NCBI GenBank assembly: GCA_965220965.1
Contig: CBDCRI010000001.1
Span: 224,001-288,000, forward strand
Reading direction: 5' to 3'
Length of the DNA stretch: 64,000 nt
Source of the DNA: Candidatus Marinacidobacterium sp.
GTDB lineage: Bacteria > Acidobacteriota > Vicinamibacteria > Marinacidobacterales > Marinacidobacteraceae
The notes beneath the pieces are model-generated. The model saw nothing but the letters and a program-made list of their open reading frames with translations. It did no database searches and was not told the DNA's origin. The number at the start of each line of letters is the position of its first letter. The first letter of the stretch is position 1. This document shows, piece by piece, positions 63,206-64,000 of this stretch. Both the position numbers and the translations under genes were made by a program.

Positions 63206-63985
63206 TTATAGGAAGCCGCCGGCCCGCGGGGCCGGGCACCCGGCTCCCGGGGCGCAGCTTCGGCGAGGCGCCCAGCGCCCGGCCCGCAGGGCCTCCCAGG
63301 CGGCGCGGTCGATCAGCGTCTCGCGGTGGCGCGCCCGCTCGTGGGCGCTGAGCCGCTCGAACGGCCACTGGGCGAGGGCGTCGCCGATGAAGGCGGCCGC
63401 TGCGGGCGACAGCTCGCGGACGCGCCCGCCCGCGCAGGCGCGGACCAGCCGGACCGCCATGCCGAGCGGGTTCGGGGAGTCCCTCAGCACCACGTCGAGG
63501 CGGCCCTTGGCCAGATCCTCGAACCACCCGTCCGCGCACAGCAGCCGGCCGTCCGAGAGCCGCCAGAGCGCGCTCTCCCAGTTGCTGATCGTGGTGCGCA
63601 GCAGGGACTCGACGCCGGCGTACTCGACCAGCCCGGCGCGCACCGCCCAGGTCTCGCCAGCGGCCCAGAAGTCCACGGCCCAGCGGCGCGTGCGCGCCCG
63701 CCGCCCCCCGAGCCGGCTGTCGCCGAGCGGGACGGCGCCGGACGGCAGGGCCACGGCGCGGACGTCCCCCTCGCAGACCAGGTCGAGGTCGGCGCCGTCG
63801 CGCGGCGCGCCGAGCAGCGCGAGGTCGCGCAGCGCCCCGCCGAACAGCCAGACCTCGCCCTGAAGGGCGAGTCCGTCCAAAAGCTGCGCCAGGGGCGGGT
63901 CGTCGCGCCGCTCGCGGTCCAGGAAGCGCCTGGCCCGGCGCCGCAGCTCGGCGGCGCCCCCGGCCGGACGTCGGGGCGCGTTCAC
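63206..63985 (-). CDS. Nucleotidyltransferase (poly(A) polymerase/CCA-adding head-like)
   Basis: VWLFGGALRDLAL...ADLDLV, VDFW motifs. Confidence 0.75.
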   Translation of the reverse strand: MNAPRRPAGGAAELRRRARRFLDRERRDDPPLAQLLDGLALQGEVWLFGGALRDLALLGAPRDGADLDLVCEGDVRAVALPSGAVPLGDSRLGGRRARTRRWAVDFWAAGETWAVRAGLVEYAGVESLLRTTISNWESALWRLSDGRLLCADGWFEDLAKGRLDVVLRDSPNPLGMAVRLVRACAGGRVRELSPAAAAFIGDALAQWPFERLSAHERARHRETLIDRAAWEALRAGRWAPRRSCAPGAGCPAPRAGGFL

Positions 63986-64000
63986 GGGGCCGGGCCGGCG

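Overview
Very GC-rich (roughly 70-75% by eye) segment of a large mobile replicon, most likely a plasmid or megaplasmid. It carries an IncW/RepA_C-type initiator (13811-15064) next to 12 iterons and an AT-rich origin. No housekeeping operons, virion genes, cas genes or conjugation genes are recognisable. Cargo includes nucleotide-metabolism genes (PurZ0-like synthetase, class II ribonucleotide reductase, dimeric dUTPase-like, DUF3310), RNA-handling enzymes (RNase R-like, two metallophosphoesterases, a nucleotidyltransferase), a type IIG R-M enzyme, two further methyltransferases, many toxin-antitoxin-derived genes (mostly orphan antitoxins) and several local gene duplications. Three signals stand out. 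(1) A 9-tRNA operon (Tyr, Ala, all four Ser isoacceptors, two Arg, Lys) is preceded by a promoter, a 26-aa leader ORF whose codons call on every one of the nine tRNAs, an intrinsic terminator and a boxA-like site, i.e. a candidate tRNA-depletion-sensing attenuator. (2) A cas-less cluster of degenerate type I-C and I-E CRISPR repeat units at 59308-59816 has its own promoter(s) and may encode RNA anti-CRISPRs or regulatory crRNA mimics. (3) About 28 unrelated proteins end in Pro, 19 of them in P-x-P after an Arg/Ala/Gly-rich tail, a candidate shared C-terminal export tag. All family calls come from motif recognition by eye; no searches were run.
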